The notes: generated by a model not told the origin, from the letters alone. Shown: positions 29,609 to 39,980, counted from the stretch's first letter. The stretch is DNA of 64,000 nucleotides from Alphaproteobacteria bacterium (GCA_965221125.1 CBDCRW010000002.1:32001-96000), one strand, 5' to 3'. Program-made: numbers and translations.

Positions 29609-32600
29609 ATGTCCACGCCCGACTTCGATGCCTATCTCCGCGCGCTTCGCGAAATTCCGCTGGACGAACATACGGAATTTACTGGCCGGACGGCGCTGGA
29701 AACTCTGTTACGGGGCGTCGCCTCCCGGCAAACGGGCGGACGGATCGGAGTCCAGCAGGAACCCAAGAGAGAAGCCGGCAAGGGCGCACCGGATTTCAAG
29801 GTTTCGCGCCAGGGCATGATCCTCGGCTATGTCGAGACCAAGCCTGTCGGCGAAAATCTCGACCGGGTTCTGAAATCCGATCAATTGAAGAAATACGGGA
29901 GCCTTTCCGACAACATCCTGGTTACGGACTATCTGCATTTTGTATGGATAAACAAAGACGGCGTACAACGCGAAACGCTGTGCCACGCGACGGATCTCGA
30001 ATCTCCACAATTCAGGGCGCGGGAGGACCGAGCGGCAGAGGTCGCGCGATTGCTGAACGGGTTCTTTTCGACGGCCCCGCAGGGAATCGGCCGGTCGCAG
30101 ATTCTGGCTCAGGCGCTTGCCGTGCGCAGCCGATTGCTGCGGGACAGTCTCGGCGGGGAACTGGTCCGGCAAAGGAAAGATGACCAACGAGGCCGGTTAT
30201 ACGGGCTGTTTGAAGTCTTCCGCGATCAGGTCTTCCACGAACTGGAACTCCCGGAGTTTGCCGACGCCTTTGCACAGATGCTGGCCTACGGACTGTTTCT
30301 GGCAAGAATCAATTCTGGAACCGATGCCGTCACCTTGCAGAACGCCCGGCAATTCGTGCCGGGCTCGTTCCGCCTGATCCGGGAACTGGTCGAATTTCTG
30401 CCCGAACTGGAAGGCCCGGAATACCGAGATGTCCGCTGGGTGGTCGAGGAAATCCTGTCCATCGTCAACGGCCTCGACATGGCGGCGATCCATGACGACC
30501 TGTCGTTCCGGCAGCGCCGGGCGATCAGCAGGAATGTGCGCGCCGGGGATGAGGAAGAGCACCGGTTGTTCGAGCGCGACCCCTTCATCTACTTCTACGA
30601 GGACTATCTCAAGGCGTACGACGCAAGGACGCGCAAGAGCCGCGGCGTCTACTACACGCCGCCGCCGGTCGTGAACTTCATCGTCCGGGCCATCGACGAC
30701 ATCCTCAAGGACAGCTTCGGCATCGAGGACGGCCTCGCCGACCATAAACGGGTAACGGTACTCGACTTCGCCTGCGGCACCGGAACCTTCCTGCTGGAAG
30801 TCTTCGAGCGAATCTTCGACCAGATCGGCGGACCCGCAGCTGGCCGTGCCAACTTGATTGTCCGCGAGCATTTGCTCAAGAACATATTCGGGTTCGAATT
30901 TTTGATTGCGCCATACACCATCGCCCATCTGAAATTATCTCAATATCTAGGCGACAAGGGGCATTCTCTTGAAGACGGAGATCGGCTCAAGATCTTTCTT
31001 ACAAACACTCTGGAGCCGATCGCACCGCAGCCAAACCTGCTGCTTCCTGCGGTTACCGCGGAAGTAGAGGCTGCGCAAGAAATCAAAGAAAAACCTATCC
31101 TCGTCATTACCGGGAATCCACCCTACGCCGGACACTCAAAGAACAATGGCGAGTGGATCACTTCAAGAATCGAAGATTACAAGTTTGTCGACGGCAAACA
31201 CTTTGGAGAACGTAAACACTGGCTCCAGGATGACTACGTCAAGTTTATTCGTTTTGCGCAAGAAAAAATGAAAGATGTCCCTAGAGGTATCGTAGCATTG
31301 ATTTCAAATCATTCCTGGCTTTCCAGTCCGACTTTCCGCGGTATGCGACAATCATTACTGAACTCATTTCATCAGATACACGTTATAGATTTGCACGGCA
31401 GCACAAAGCCGAAAGAAACCCCTCCAGGTGGCGAACGAAACGAGAATGTGTTTGACATTATGAAGGGTGTGGCGATATCACTGTTCATTAAAGACGAAAA
31501 TTTGGAACGCGGCGTGTGGCACGGTGACATTTGGGGTCGTCGTCTCGAAAAATATCAATTTTGTGCCGCCGCAGACTACCGAACAGCAACCTCGGCTCGA
31601 ATAGAGCCAGAAACTCCGTATTATTTTCTTCGACCTCATAGCTCGGATGAAGTGTGGAAGGGATTTTTGTCACTGGAGGAAATTTTCATGCGACAAAGCG
31701 TTGGAATGTTGACCGCGAGAGACAAGTTCAATGTCGAGTTCAGTAAGTCCGAATTAATTCAGAAGTTGAACGAATTTGCAACACTTTCGCAGGAAAGAGC
31801 ACGTACGCGTTTTTCTCTAGGCCAAGACTCGAGAGATTGGAAAGTATCGTTGGCGCAAGATGATTTACGTTCTTCGGGTATCGAAGAAGGAAATTTAATT
31901 TCCGTTTTCTATCGACCATTTGATAACCGATTTGTATATTACACGGGAAAGTCCAAGGGGTTAATTGGTCAACCGGCAAAGGTTTTGTTTGACGCAATTG
32001 AGTTACCTTCTATTGCCTTAAGTACAGTAAAACGTGTGGAGGAAGGAGAATTTCGACATGCGCTAGTTTGTTCAAAGTTGCCAGACGGGCATTCGGTCTC
32101 GTCGAAAGAGACGACGCATGTGTTTCCACTATACTGGTGTCAGGAGGGCACAGGGAGTTCAACCGGTAAGATTGCAAATTTGTACCCGGATTTTAGAGAG
32201 TCATTAGATGCGCGGTTTGAAGACCACTACACACCAGAAGATATACTAGGTTACATATATGCGATTATGTACGCGCCGAGCTACCTAAGAGATTATGCAG
32301 AATTCTTGTGTATTGATTATCCTCGTATTCCGCTCCCGACGTCCGGCAAGGACTTTGAATTACTTTCACAGCTTGGGTGGACGCTCACACAATCACACTT
32401 GCTGATTGATGTATTGCGCCTCGGGCTCGCTCGTTACCACGGCCAAGGTGACGATATGATAGCGGCTGTTCGCTATTCGGCACGTGAAGAGTCGATCCAC
32501 ATTAACAAGACGCAATGTTTTCGGCCGGTGCCTCAGGCGGTGTGGGACTTTTGTATCGGCGGCTACCAGGTGCTCGACAAGTATCTGAAGTCACGAAGGG

Positions 32601-32725
32601 GTCGAACTCTGTCGCTCGACGAGATCGACCACGTTGCGAAGGTCGCGGACAGCGTCGCCTTCACGATCGACCAGATGGCGGCCATCGACGGAGCCTACAA
32701 GGCAGCGTTCAAAACCTCGAGGTAA
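29609..32725 (+). CDS. Single-chain restriction-modification enzyme (type IIG/IIL, ISP-like specificity domain), N6-adenine methyltransferase
   Basis: PDFKV...GYVETK nuclease; GVYYTPPPVV; VLDFACGTGTFL; ITGNPPY; YRPFD; IGGYQVLDKYLKSR. Confidence 0.9.
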   Translation: MSTPDFDAYLRALREIPLDEHTEFTGRTALETLLRGVASRQTGGRIGVQQEPKREAGKGAPDFKVSRQGMILGYVETKPVGENLDRVLKSDQLKKYGSLSDNILVTDYLHFVWINKDGVQRETLCHATDLESPQFRAREDRAAEVARLLNGFFSTAPQGIGRSQILAQALAVRSRLLRDSLGGELVRQRKDDQRGRLYGLFEVFRDQVFHELELPEFADAFAQMLAYGLFLARINSGTDAVTLQNARQFVPGSFRLIRELVEFLPELEGPEYRDVRWVVEEILSIVNGLDMAAIHDDLSFRQRRAISRNVRAGDEEEHRLFERDPFIYFYEDYLKAYDARTRKSRGVYYTPPPVVNFIVRAIDDILKDSFGIEDGLADHKRVTVLDFACGTGTFLLEVFERIFDQIGGPAAGRANLIVREHLLKNIFGFEFLIAPYTIAHLKLSQYLGDKGHSLEDGDRLKIFLTNTLEPIAPQPNLLLPAVTAEVEAAQEIKEKPILVITGNPPYAGHSKNNGEWITSRIEDYKFVDGKHFGERKHWLQDDYVKFIRFAQEKMKDVPRGIVALISNHSWLSSPTFRGMRQSLLNSFHQIHVIDLHGSTKPKETPPGGERNENVFDIMKGVAISLFIKDENLERGVWHGDIWGRRLEKYQFCAAADYRTATSARIEPETPYYFLRPHSSDEVWKGFLSLEEIFMRQSVGMLTARDKFNVEFSKSELIQKLNEFATLSQERARTRFSLGQDSRDWKVSLAQDDLRSSGIEEGNLISVFYRPFDNRFVYYTGKSKGLIGQPAKVLFDAIELPSIALSTVKRVEEGEFRHALVCSKLPDGHSVSSKETTHVFPLYWCQEGTGSSTGKIANLYPDFRESLDARFEDHYTPEDILGYIYAIMYAPSYLRDYAEFLCIDYPRIPLPTSGKDFELLSQLGWTLTQSHLLIDVLRLGLARYHGQGDDMIAAVRYSAREESIHINKTQCFRPVPQAVWDFCIGGYQVLDKYLKSRRGRTLSLDEIDHVAKVADSVAFTIDQMAAIDGAYKAAFKTSR

Positions 32726-32811
32726 GTTCGAAAATTCGCTGGTGCGGACGGCATGCTGAATGTATGGTCCGTTTTGGTCTGTACCACCATATGTAGGACA
32801 ATCGACCAGCG

Positions 32812-33090
32812 ATGGACCTGAACGGCATGCCGGACGGAAACGTACAGGGCGATCTGTTCGGAGAGGCGAAGCCGCCGGCATACCGGCCGGATCTGGAGCG
32901 GGTACGCCGACGGATCGACAGCATTCTGACGGAGCTTCGCGGCGAGGAATCGGTACGGGACTGGCCTTACGGGCAGGCCTCATTCTTCCGCATGGTGATG
33001 CCGAACCTGACCCGCTGGCTGCCTGAAGACGAAGCCGGGCAATTCACGTCGGAGTTCGAAGCGGAGATGGCGCGGCTCGAAGCCGCCTGA
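32812..33090 (+). CDS. Hypothetical protein (92 aa) downstream of the R-M gene
   Basis: QGDLFG...YRPDLERVRRR...WLPEDEAGQF...EMARLEAA; plausible codon usage. Confidence 0.6.
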   Translation: MDLNGMPDGNVQGDLFGEAKPPAYRPDLERVRRRIDSILTELRGEESVRDWPYGQASFFRMVMPNLTRWLPEDEAGQFTSEFEAEMARLEAA

Positions 33091-33138
33091 CGCGCCAGTG
33101 GGCGCCCTAATGTCTCCACCCCCCGCGCGCAGACCCCC

Positions 33139-33437
33139 TCACGTCGCCAGCACGACCCGGCCGACGATGCGTCCCGCTTTCATGTCGTCCAGAGTCTTCA
33201 AGGCTTCGGCGAGCGCCATCAGCTCGGTCAATTCCGCCGGGCTGCCGACATAGCTACTGGTGAGCATCATCGAGATCAGCGGCGGCAACGGCACCTCGCC
33301 GCCCATCAGACCGACGACGATCACCGTGCCGCGTCGGCCGACGGTGCGCACGACGAAGCCGGCCCTCGCCGCCGCGTCGACGAAATCGACCACCGCCGGT
33401 GCGCCGCTGCCGGTCAGCTTGCGGACCTGCCTGACCG
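33139..33437 (-). pseudogene. Zn-dependent alcohol dehydrogenase C-terminal remnant
   Basis: VDFV...GTVIVVGLMGG...SYVGSPAEL...LDDMKAGRIVGRVVL; N-terminus missing. Confidence 0.6.
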
Positions 33438-33485
33438 CTCAATGGTGCGTGAACCAGCAGGCGCCGTTACGACTCCGGAATAATT

Positions 33486-33629
33486 CGCCGTGATTTGGCG
33501 AACGACGTCCTTGCCTCGCATCGACCGCCCCCAGACATGGGTGAAGCCGAGGAAGTCGAACGTCGTGGCCGATGCCATCCAGTGACGCCCGTGGGGGCGT
33601 CTCCGACGGAAGTCCACATAGCGCGTCTT
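33486..33629 (-). pseudogene. ltrA: Group II intron RT, distal fragment (domain 7)
   Basis: KTRYVDF...TFDFLGFTHVWGRS...VRQITA; in frame with the proximal part once the IS110 is removed. Confidence 0.85.
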
Positions 33630-33640
33630 CCGTAATGGGG

Positions 33641-34068
33641 CGGTTGATGTCAAACACCGATCTTCACGATCTTCCGGCCTGGCACGGTGGCTCGCACATG
33701 AAGCACCGTAGCCTGTTGCAAATCGAATCACAGGCGCGGTCAACATAGCGGATTGCCATGGCGGGAGCGGCTAACTGACTCGTCTGCGCGGCAAAGAAGG
33801 AAGCGGGATTCCCGGATGTGTCCGTCGCCAGGCTCTCGCTTCCGTCCGTGGTCAGCGCAGCGGCTGCCAACGTCATGCCTGGTCCAAACGATTCCCGAGT
33901 GCCGATCTTGGTCGCGTGCTCGAACGCGATGAAACGGTTCGGCCGACAAGACGCAGCGCGTGCATCAACGGGAACCGCGTCCCGGCGAGGGGACACCGGT
34001 GGATCGCCACCTTCAGGCGCGGCTCTTTCCTCCTCTCGCTTCCGATTGCCGGTGGGATGCAGCCGCGC
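33641..34068 (-). ncRNA. Putative bridge/seek RNA of the IS110 element
   Basis: About 430-nt non-coding region 3' of the transposase; two 8-nt segments (33906-33913, 33947-33954) match opposite strands of the insertion site, within a stem-loop. Confidence 0.7.
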
Positions 34069-35112
34069 CTATGCCGTCTGGAGCGCCATCGCCTCCTCGC
34101 GCGTGAAGCGGAACTCGGTGCCGTCCCGCCACATCCGGTGAAGTACCACGCCGATGCGCCGGGCCAGGGCGACGGTCGCACGCTTCTTGCCACGGAGCTT
34201 CGCCAGACGAAGCGCCCAGGCCTTCAGCCAGTTCGGCCCGGCGGTGCCGTTCAGCATCACCGTGGCGGCCTGATAGAGCGCGGTACGCAGACCTGCGTCG
34301 CCGCACTTCGTGATGCCGCCGACAATATCTCGCTCGCCGGATTGGTCCCGGCCCGGCGTCAGTCCCACCCAGGGGCCGACATCCTTCGATCTCCGGAACC
34401 GCCCGGGATCGTCAATCGCCGATTTGAAGGTCAGGGCCACGACCGCGCCTACGCCGGGCATGGTCATCAGCAGCCGGCATACCGGATCCTCCCTGGCCAG
34501 ATCGCGGACCAGCTTCTCCAGGCCGGCCAGCTCGCGGCGCAGAGCCACCCGCGCGCGCAGGATCGGTTCGGCGGCGGCCTCCAGCATCGCGTTGCCTGCG
34601 ATCAACTCCCGGACGCGGGCCTCCCAGCGGCCCTTCGAGACCTGGCCCAGCTTCAGGCCAAAGTTGCGCAACACGCCGCGCAGCGAGAGTTCCATATCGG
34701 TGAGCGCGCCCTTCACGGACCTGCGCGAGGTCAGCAGTGCGCGCATCTCCTGCGACGATACCGACTTGCAGTGCACCGGCCTGAACCAGCCCATCTGCAA
34801 GAGCCGTGCGATGCCCTCGGCATCCCGGCGATCCGTCTTGATCGGCATCGCCTTCAGCGCCGCCTTCACCCGCCGGGTCTCCATAAGGACGGCCTCGAAG
34901 CCGGCGTCGGTCAGCCCCTTGTGCAACCAGTGGGACAGGGGACCGGCCTCAAGACCGATCACGGCGATCTCGTGCTCCAGCTTGCCCATGAACGCAACCA
35001 ACGCGTCAGGCGTGCTGGCGACCTGAGCCTCGGTCACGATCTTGCCCTTGTCGCCGATCACGCAGATTGTCGTGCTTGCCAGCGATACATCCAGCCCGAT
35101 ATAGACAGCCAT
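34069..35112 (-). CDS. IS110 family transposase (DEDD recombinase)
   Basis: YIGLDVS, IGLEAG, KTDRRDAEGIA, GLTPGRDQSG; apparently intact (347 aa). Confidence 0.93.
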   Translation of the reverse strand: MAVYIGLDVSLASTTICVIGDKGKIVTEAQVASTPDALVAFMGKLEHEIAVIGLEAGPLSHWLHKGLTDAGFEAVLMETRRVKAALKAMPIKTDRRDAEGIARLLQMGWFRPVHCKSVSSQEMRALLTSRRSVKGALTDMELSLRGVLRNFGLKLGQVSKGRWEARVRELIAGNAMLEAAAEPILRARVALRRELAGLEKLVRDLAREDPVCRLLMTMPGVGAVVALTFKSAIDDPGRFRRSKDVGPWVGLTPGRDQSGERDIVGGITKCGDAGLRTALYQAATVMLNGTAGPNWLKAWALRLAKLRGKKRATVALARRIGVVLHRMWRDGTEFRFTREEAMALQTA

Positions 35113-35260
35113 GTCGTTGCCCTTTCCTCTCGAAGGATTGGGGCGCGCCTTCCGGCAAGACCCCGTGAGCACGCTGAGCGTGCAAGGGCAACGACACCCG
35201 ATTCGTCGTCATCGGGACAGGCTCCGATGGTACCGATTGGCGCCGAGCCCCATTACGGCA

Positions 35261-36140
35261 TCTTGGTCTCATGGAGCGTGAGCCCGTATCGACCGAGACG
35301 TTTGCCCAGCGCGTCAAGCAGCCGCTTGCCGCTGTGGCGGTCTTCGAGGGCGACGACAAAGTCATCGGCGAATCGCACCAGCTGGCAGTTTCCGCGTAGG
35401 CGCGGTTTCGCCACTTTCTCGAACCACTCGTCCAGCACATGGTGCAGGAAAACGTTCGATAATAGCGGCGAGATCACCCCGCCTTGGGGAGTGCCAGCGA
35501 CCGGCCTGTGCACGGTGCCCTCTTCGAGCACCCCTGCCTTCAGCCATTTGTCGATCTTGCGCCTTGCGACGCCGTCCTTGATCCGCAGGTCGAGGAACGA
35601 CCGGAGGTGGGTGTGCGAGATCGAGTCGAAGTAGGATTTCAAATCCGCGTCGATCACCCATCTTTGGCGCTGCTCGATGATGCCCGCACGCAGCGCGTCC
35701 AGGGCATCGTGAGCCGACCGTCCGCGCCGGAAGCCGTAGGAGCACGGCAGAAAGTCCGCCTCGTAGATCGGCTCCAGCAGCATCAGGATCGCCCGCTGTG
35801 CCACCTTGTCTTCGAACGTCGGGATGCCGAGAGGGCGCTTCGTCCCGTCCGCCTTGGGGATGTAGTGCCGTCGCACCGGCGGCGCGAAGTAGCGGCCCGA
35901 CTTCATCCGGCACAGGAGGTCATCAAGATTGGCCTCCAGGTCCTTCTCGTAGTCGACCGCCGTCACGCCGTCGATGCCCGTCGCCCCATCCTTGCGCGTC
36001 AGGCGATACGCTTCGCGCATCCACTCGCCGTCGATCAGGTGGTGCAGGGACGTGAACACCCGGTCCGGATGCTCCCTCGCCTGTTCGGCTATCCACTGCT
36101 GTTTCGTGTACGTGTTGGTGGAACTCAGGGTTTCCTCCAG
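35261..36140 (-). pseudogene. ltrA: Group II intron reverse transcriptase/maturase, proximal fragment
   Basis: GATGIDG, RPLGIPTFEDKVAQ, SYGFRRGRSAHDA, DADLKSYFD, GTPQGGVISPLLSN, RFADD. Confidence 0.9.
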
Positions 36141-36839
36141 CGTTTCCCATCAGTGGGTCTGGTCAGGTGACGCCCCGCTTCCCTCCAGCGGGTCCCGATG
36201 GCCACGGTTCCCCGCCTTCAGCGGTACTATCAGGGCGCTACGACTTCCTGCTCCCGCATGTCCTTCGGCTTATTGATTTCGCCAGCCGGCTCCGCAGGCG
36301 CCTGCCAAGTTCGTGTCCGCCCTGTGGGGCGCTCCCGTCGCCGTGCAGACCCGGCGGCGGGCCAGGGTCTGGATTGTTCACGCTGGCAGTCCCCTTTCCA
36401 GCGTCCTTGCCCGCGGGCAAGAGCAGGATCTCCCAGGTTCCCTGGCGATCCATCCCGTGACTCTGCGCCGGTCCACGACCCCGGACGACCCGTTGCGCCT
36501 CGCCATTGGCGGCGCTTCCGGTGCTGCCCCCACGTGCTTAACAACGAAGGCGTCATCGCTTCACCGATTTCGAGGCTTACCCCACCGCTTCGTCACCTGC
36601 TGTCTACGCTTCACGACGGACGTTGCCGCACGCCATGCAAGACTCGCTTCCGGCTGGCGGGCTGCGCCTTTGCCGGGCGGGGGTCGAACCCGCTGGACCG
36701 CGACGAGAGGTTTCAGTTCATGGCATCCTCCTCTCCAGGGCTTACCCTGGCGCAATAAGCATCCGGCGAAGGCCCTTTGGCTCCGTTGAGAGAGGATGGT
36801 GGCGGTGACGGGACGCGCGGCGAACGCGGAGATGCCGGC

Positions 36840-37427
36840 CTACTCGGCTTCCGTCAGCGCGATCACACTGCTGCGGAGTGAATGCAGGAGTTCATCGAGC
36901 GCGCGTCGATCCCCGGCCCCGTACTTCAGGCCCATCGCAACGGTGACGACAAATCGTGCCAACTGGGCGGGCGTCTGGCCGGAGCTGGCAATGGCATCGG
37001 CATGGGGCTCCAGCAATTCGGCAATCAGCGCCGCCTGACGGGCGTGGGCCTCCTCGATCGCCGCCCTTCCCGCCTCGTTGTGACCGCTGATCAAGTCCTC
37101 CGGGTCGCCTGCCTCCTGCAGCATCTCGAAGGACTTCACCACCGTCTCCTCGAAATAGACGTCGAGCCGTTCGCCCAAGGTGCCGCAACCGCCGAGCCGC
37201 GCCCGGATCGCCGCCAGCGACGCCTCCGAGACGTGGCGGATGCACGCCACGATGATCCCGTCCTTGTCGCCGAAGGACGCGTAGACGGTCTGGCGCGACA
37301 CCCCGGCCGCCTCGGCAATGTCCGCCATGGTCGTCTTCTTCGCGCCATAGCGGACAAAGATGCCGATCGCGGCCTCGACGATCCGTGCTTCGGTCTCGGA
37401 GAGGGGGATGCGACGCACGCTGCTCAT
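36840..37427 (-). CDS. TetR/AcrR family transcriptional regulator
   Basis: TTMADIAEAAGVSRQTVYASFGDKD HTH; divergent from the SDR gene. Confidence 0.9.
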   Translation of the reverse strand: MSSVRRIPLSETEARIVEAAIGIFVRYGAKKTTMADIAEAAGVSRQTVYASFGDKDGIIVACIRHVSEASLAAIRARLGGCGTLGERLDVYFEETVVKSFEMLQEAGDPEDLISGHNEAGRAAIEEAHARQAALIAELLEPHADAIASSGQTPAQLARFVVTVAMGLKYGAGDRRALDELLHSLRSSVIALTEAE

Positions 37428-37528
37428 GCAGGGGGAGATATCTCAGGATTCACGACTTGACAAGATGTGGTTGCATGTAAGATATACTGTACAGAACGTC
37501 ATAATCTGTCGATATGTAAGGACGCGCC

Positions 37529-38374
37529 ATGACCCAGACCGTTCTCATCACCGGATGCTCCAGCGGATTCGGCAGGCTGACCGCCCAGACCTTCCAAGAC
37601 GCGGGCTGGAACGTTGTCGCCACAATGCGCGCGCCCGAAAGGGTGCCTGAGCTTGCCGACGACGACCGGATGCTGGTCCTCAAGCTGGACGTCACCGACC
37701 CGGCCAGCATCTCCGCTGCCTTCGCCGCCGCGCGCGCACGATTCGGCCGCATCGATGCCGTCGTGAACAATGCTGGTTATGGAGGCGACGGCCTGTTCGA
37801 GCAGGCCAGCGACACGGATATCCGCGCCATGTTCGAGACCAACGTGTTCGGCCCGATGAACGTCATGCGCGAGGCGCTGCCCGAGATGAGGGCGGCGGCG
37901 AATGGCGCCATCGTCAACGTGACCTCGATGGCCGGTCACCTGGGCCTGCCGCGGCACGCGGTCTACGCCGCCTCGAAGCACGCCATGATCGGCCTGACCG
38001 AGAGCATGGCGCTGGAATACAAGCCCCTGGGGGTGCGCATCCACTCGGTCGCGCCGGGCGCCTATCCGACCACCGCGTTCGGCGTCAATACCGACGATCG
38101 GCTGGAGGTGGGCGACGCCCAGCTCGTCGCGTTCTCCAAGCGCCTGCGGGCGCAGATGACCGCGGTGGGCGAGCAGATGGCGAACCAGGGCGGGAATCTC
38201 GCCGATCCGCAGGAGGTTGCCGACCGGATCTTCCAGTGCGTCACGGGCGATGCGCCGATCAACAATCCGACCGGTGCCGACGCGGAGATGCTGATCGCGA
38301 TGATGGGGCAGGACAAGCGCCAGGCATTCCTGGACCAGCTCGGCGCCATGCTCGTGCCCCCGTCTGCCGCCTGA
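37529..38374 (+). CDS. Short-chain dehydrogenase/reductase
   Basis: ITGCSSGFG, VVNNAG, YAASK. Confidence 0.93.
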   Translation: MTQTVLITGCSSGFGRLTAQTFQDAGWNVVATMRAPERVPELADDDRMLVLKLDVTDPASISAAFAAARARFGRIDAVVNNAGYGGDGLFEQASDTDIRAMFETNVFGPMNVMREALPEMRAAANGAIVNVTSMAGHLGLPRHAVYAASKHAMIGLTESMALEYKPLGVRIHSVAPGAYPTTAFGVNTDDRLEVGDAQLVAFSKRLRAQMTAVGEQMANQGGNLADPQEVADRIFQCVTGDAPINNPTGADAEMLIAMMGQDKRQAFLDQLGAMLVPPSAA

Positions 38375-38424
38375 CCGGCCGTGCTCCCGACGACCCGATG
38401 GGCCGGTTCGCGAGGCTATGTGAG

Positions 38425-38949
38425 ATGTCGAAGCCCCGCTCCCTCGTCAAATGGGGTGTCCCCACCGCCCTCCTGATCGTCTTGATCGTCGCGGTGGCGG
38501 GCGCGCTCGCCACCCGCAAGACCTTCCTCGTGGAGATCTGGATCCCCGCCCCGCCCGAGGCGGTGTGGGAGGTTCTGATCGACACGGGGGCTTACCCGCA
38601 ATGGAACCCGGTCTTCGTCGAGGTCGACGGCGCCTATGCGGAGGGGGAGACGGTGCTGAACAGGGTTCGGGAGCCAAGCGGCGCGATCCTGGAAATGACC
38701 GCGAAGGTGGAGACCCTTCTGCCAAACGCGGAGCTGCGCCAGTCGGGGGGCATCCCCGGCATATTGACCTTCGACCATCGCTGGCTTCTGGAGCCTGCGG
38801 ATGGCGGAACGAAGGTCGTTCAGCACGAAGTGGACCGTGGCATCGGCCTCTGGTTCTGGAGCTCGGACTGGCTCGAGCCCGCCTATGCGGCCACCAACGA
38901 GGCGTTGGCAGAGAGGGTGCGTTCAGAGATGGCGAAGCCGGGCAACTGA
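38425..38949 (+). CDS. SRPBCC (polyketide cyclase/START-like) domain protein with N-terminal anchor
   Basis: IPAPPEAVWEVLIDTGAYPQWNP; hydrophobic N-terminus. Confidence 0.8.
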   Translation: MSKPRSLVKWGVPTALLIVLIVAVAGALATRKTFLVEIWIPAPPEAVWEVLIDTGAYPQWNPVFVEVDGAYAEGETVLNRVREPSGAILEMTAKVETLLPNAELRQSGGIPGILTFDHRWLLEPADGGTKVVQHEVDRGIGLWFWSSDWLEPAYAATNEALAERVRSEMAKPGN

Positions 38950-39179
38950 GCTTCCGCATCTCGTCGAAGGTGTGGTTGCCACCGCCAAGGCATCGCGCCG
39001 GTCGCCTACTTCGGTCAATCCTGCAGCCTGCCATGCGGCTGTCGAAGCGGTCGTGACGAACCTGATCCTCCAGTGGCTACACGGCGAGTGCCGGCTCCCT
39101 TTCGGCCTTCCAGTGCCAGGGCAGGAGGATCACAGATCTCGGCCTCATGCGGGGCATGGGGGCCTGCGTGCGGTGCGCA

Positions 39180-39752
39180 TCAGTCGCGGGTGCGCATCGT
39201 AGTGCGTGCGCCGGCATTGCCCAGCGTCCCCATGTGCACGGCACGGACGCCATTCTCTGCGGGCCAGTCGAACGCCTCGAGGACCGCGTCGAGCGCCGCC
39301 TCGTGCTCGCCCGTCTCGAAGAACAGTCCGTTCGGGCGCTCTGGGTCCGCCAACACCTCCTCCGGGTAGCGCCAGTCGTGGAACGCGGTGTCGTGCGCCG
39401 CCAGCACCTCGGCCAGCCGGGAGCGTTCCGAACTCGTCTTCGACGGGTACGGGCGGAGTGCCGTGCCGGCCGCCTCGTCGAGGCATTCCCGCACCTCTTC
39501 GGGCAGCGCCTCGTAGAGCGCCAACAGGCGATGCGTGCGCTTCGCCGCCTCCCCCGTTGTGCGCAGGTGCCAGGCCTTGAGCGCCCGCTCCATCGCGAAC
39601 GCGAGCAGCATCGGAGCGGCATGGCTCGAATGGTATTGCGGGATTTCGCGGGCCGCGCCGTGCAGTGCGCGGAGCTTCCCGGCGGACTCCGCCATCAGAT
39701 ATGCGATGTATCGTGTGTCGTCGGTTCCCCGCCATTGGAGGGCCGTGTTCAT
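39180..39752 (-). CDS. HEPN-like domain protein
   Basis: LLAFAMERALKA...THRLLALYEAL...FHDWRYPEE pattern. Confidence 0.6.
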   Translation of the reverse strand: MNTALQWRGTDDTRYIAYLMAESAGKLRALHGAAREIPQYHSSHAAPMLLAFAMERALKAWHLRTTGEAAKRTHRLLALYEALPEEVRECLDEAAGTALRPYPSKTSSERSRLAEVLAAHDTAFHDWRYPEEVLADPERPNGLFFETGEHEAALDAVLEAFDWPAENGVRAVHMGTLGNAGARTTMRTRD

Positions 39753-39980
39753 ACAGTCTCTCCAATCGATTGCACCAAAGCGGCTTGGCAGCCCCACACC
39801 TCGCCTCCACGCCGCTTCATCAGCGCGCTCCCCGGCGCACGGTGGATGATTTCCGGGCGGTCAGCTTCCTGATAATCGGCCAACCGCAGAGAGTGGCCTT
39901 CCCGGCTAGTGGATCATCGGGTGATCGCAAGCTCAAGCGGTGCTATCATCATGGCGTCGGGCAGGCGACGCTCATCGTGT

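Larger units (their letters stand above)
33630..35260 (-). mobile_element. IS110-family (IS1111-type) element with 11-bp IRs, flanked by duplicated TCTT
   Basis: CCGTAATGGGG (33630-33640) and CCCCATTACGG (35248-35258); TCTT at 33626-33629 and 35261-35264. Confidence 0.88.
33486..36755 (-). mobile_element. Group II intron, 3'-truncated and interrupted by IS110
   Basis: 5' end TTGCGCCAGGGTAAGCCCTGG at 36755; ribozyme-like segments GAAGCGTAGACAG and GGAACCTGGGAGATCC; RT ORF. No domain V/VI found after 33486. Confidence 0.8.

Noticed and set aside
35253-36059. Retron, DGR or defence-associated reverse transcriptase
   Set aside because: Motifs and upstream ribozyme-like sequence are group II intron type; the short length is due to the IS110 insertion.
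37457-37488. TTGACA...TATACT sigma70 promoter upstream of the SDR gene
   Set aside because: Spacing is 20 bp rather than about 17, so it is not called.
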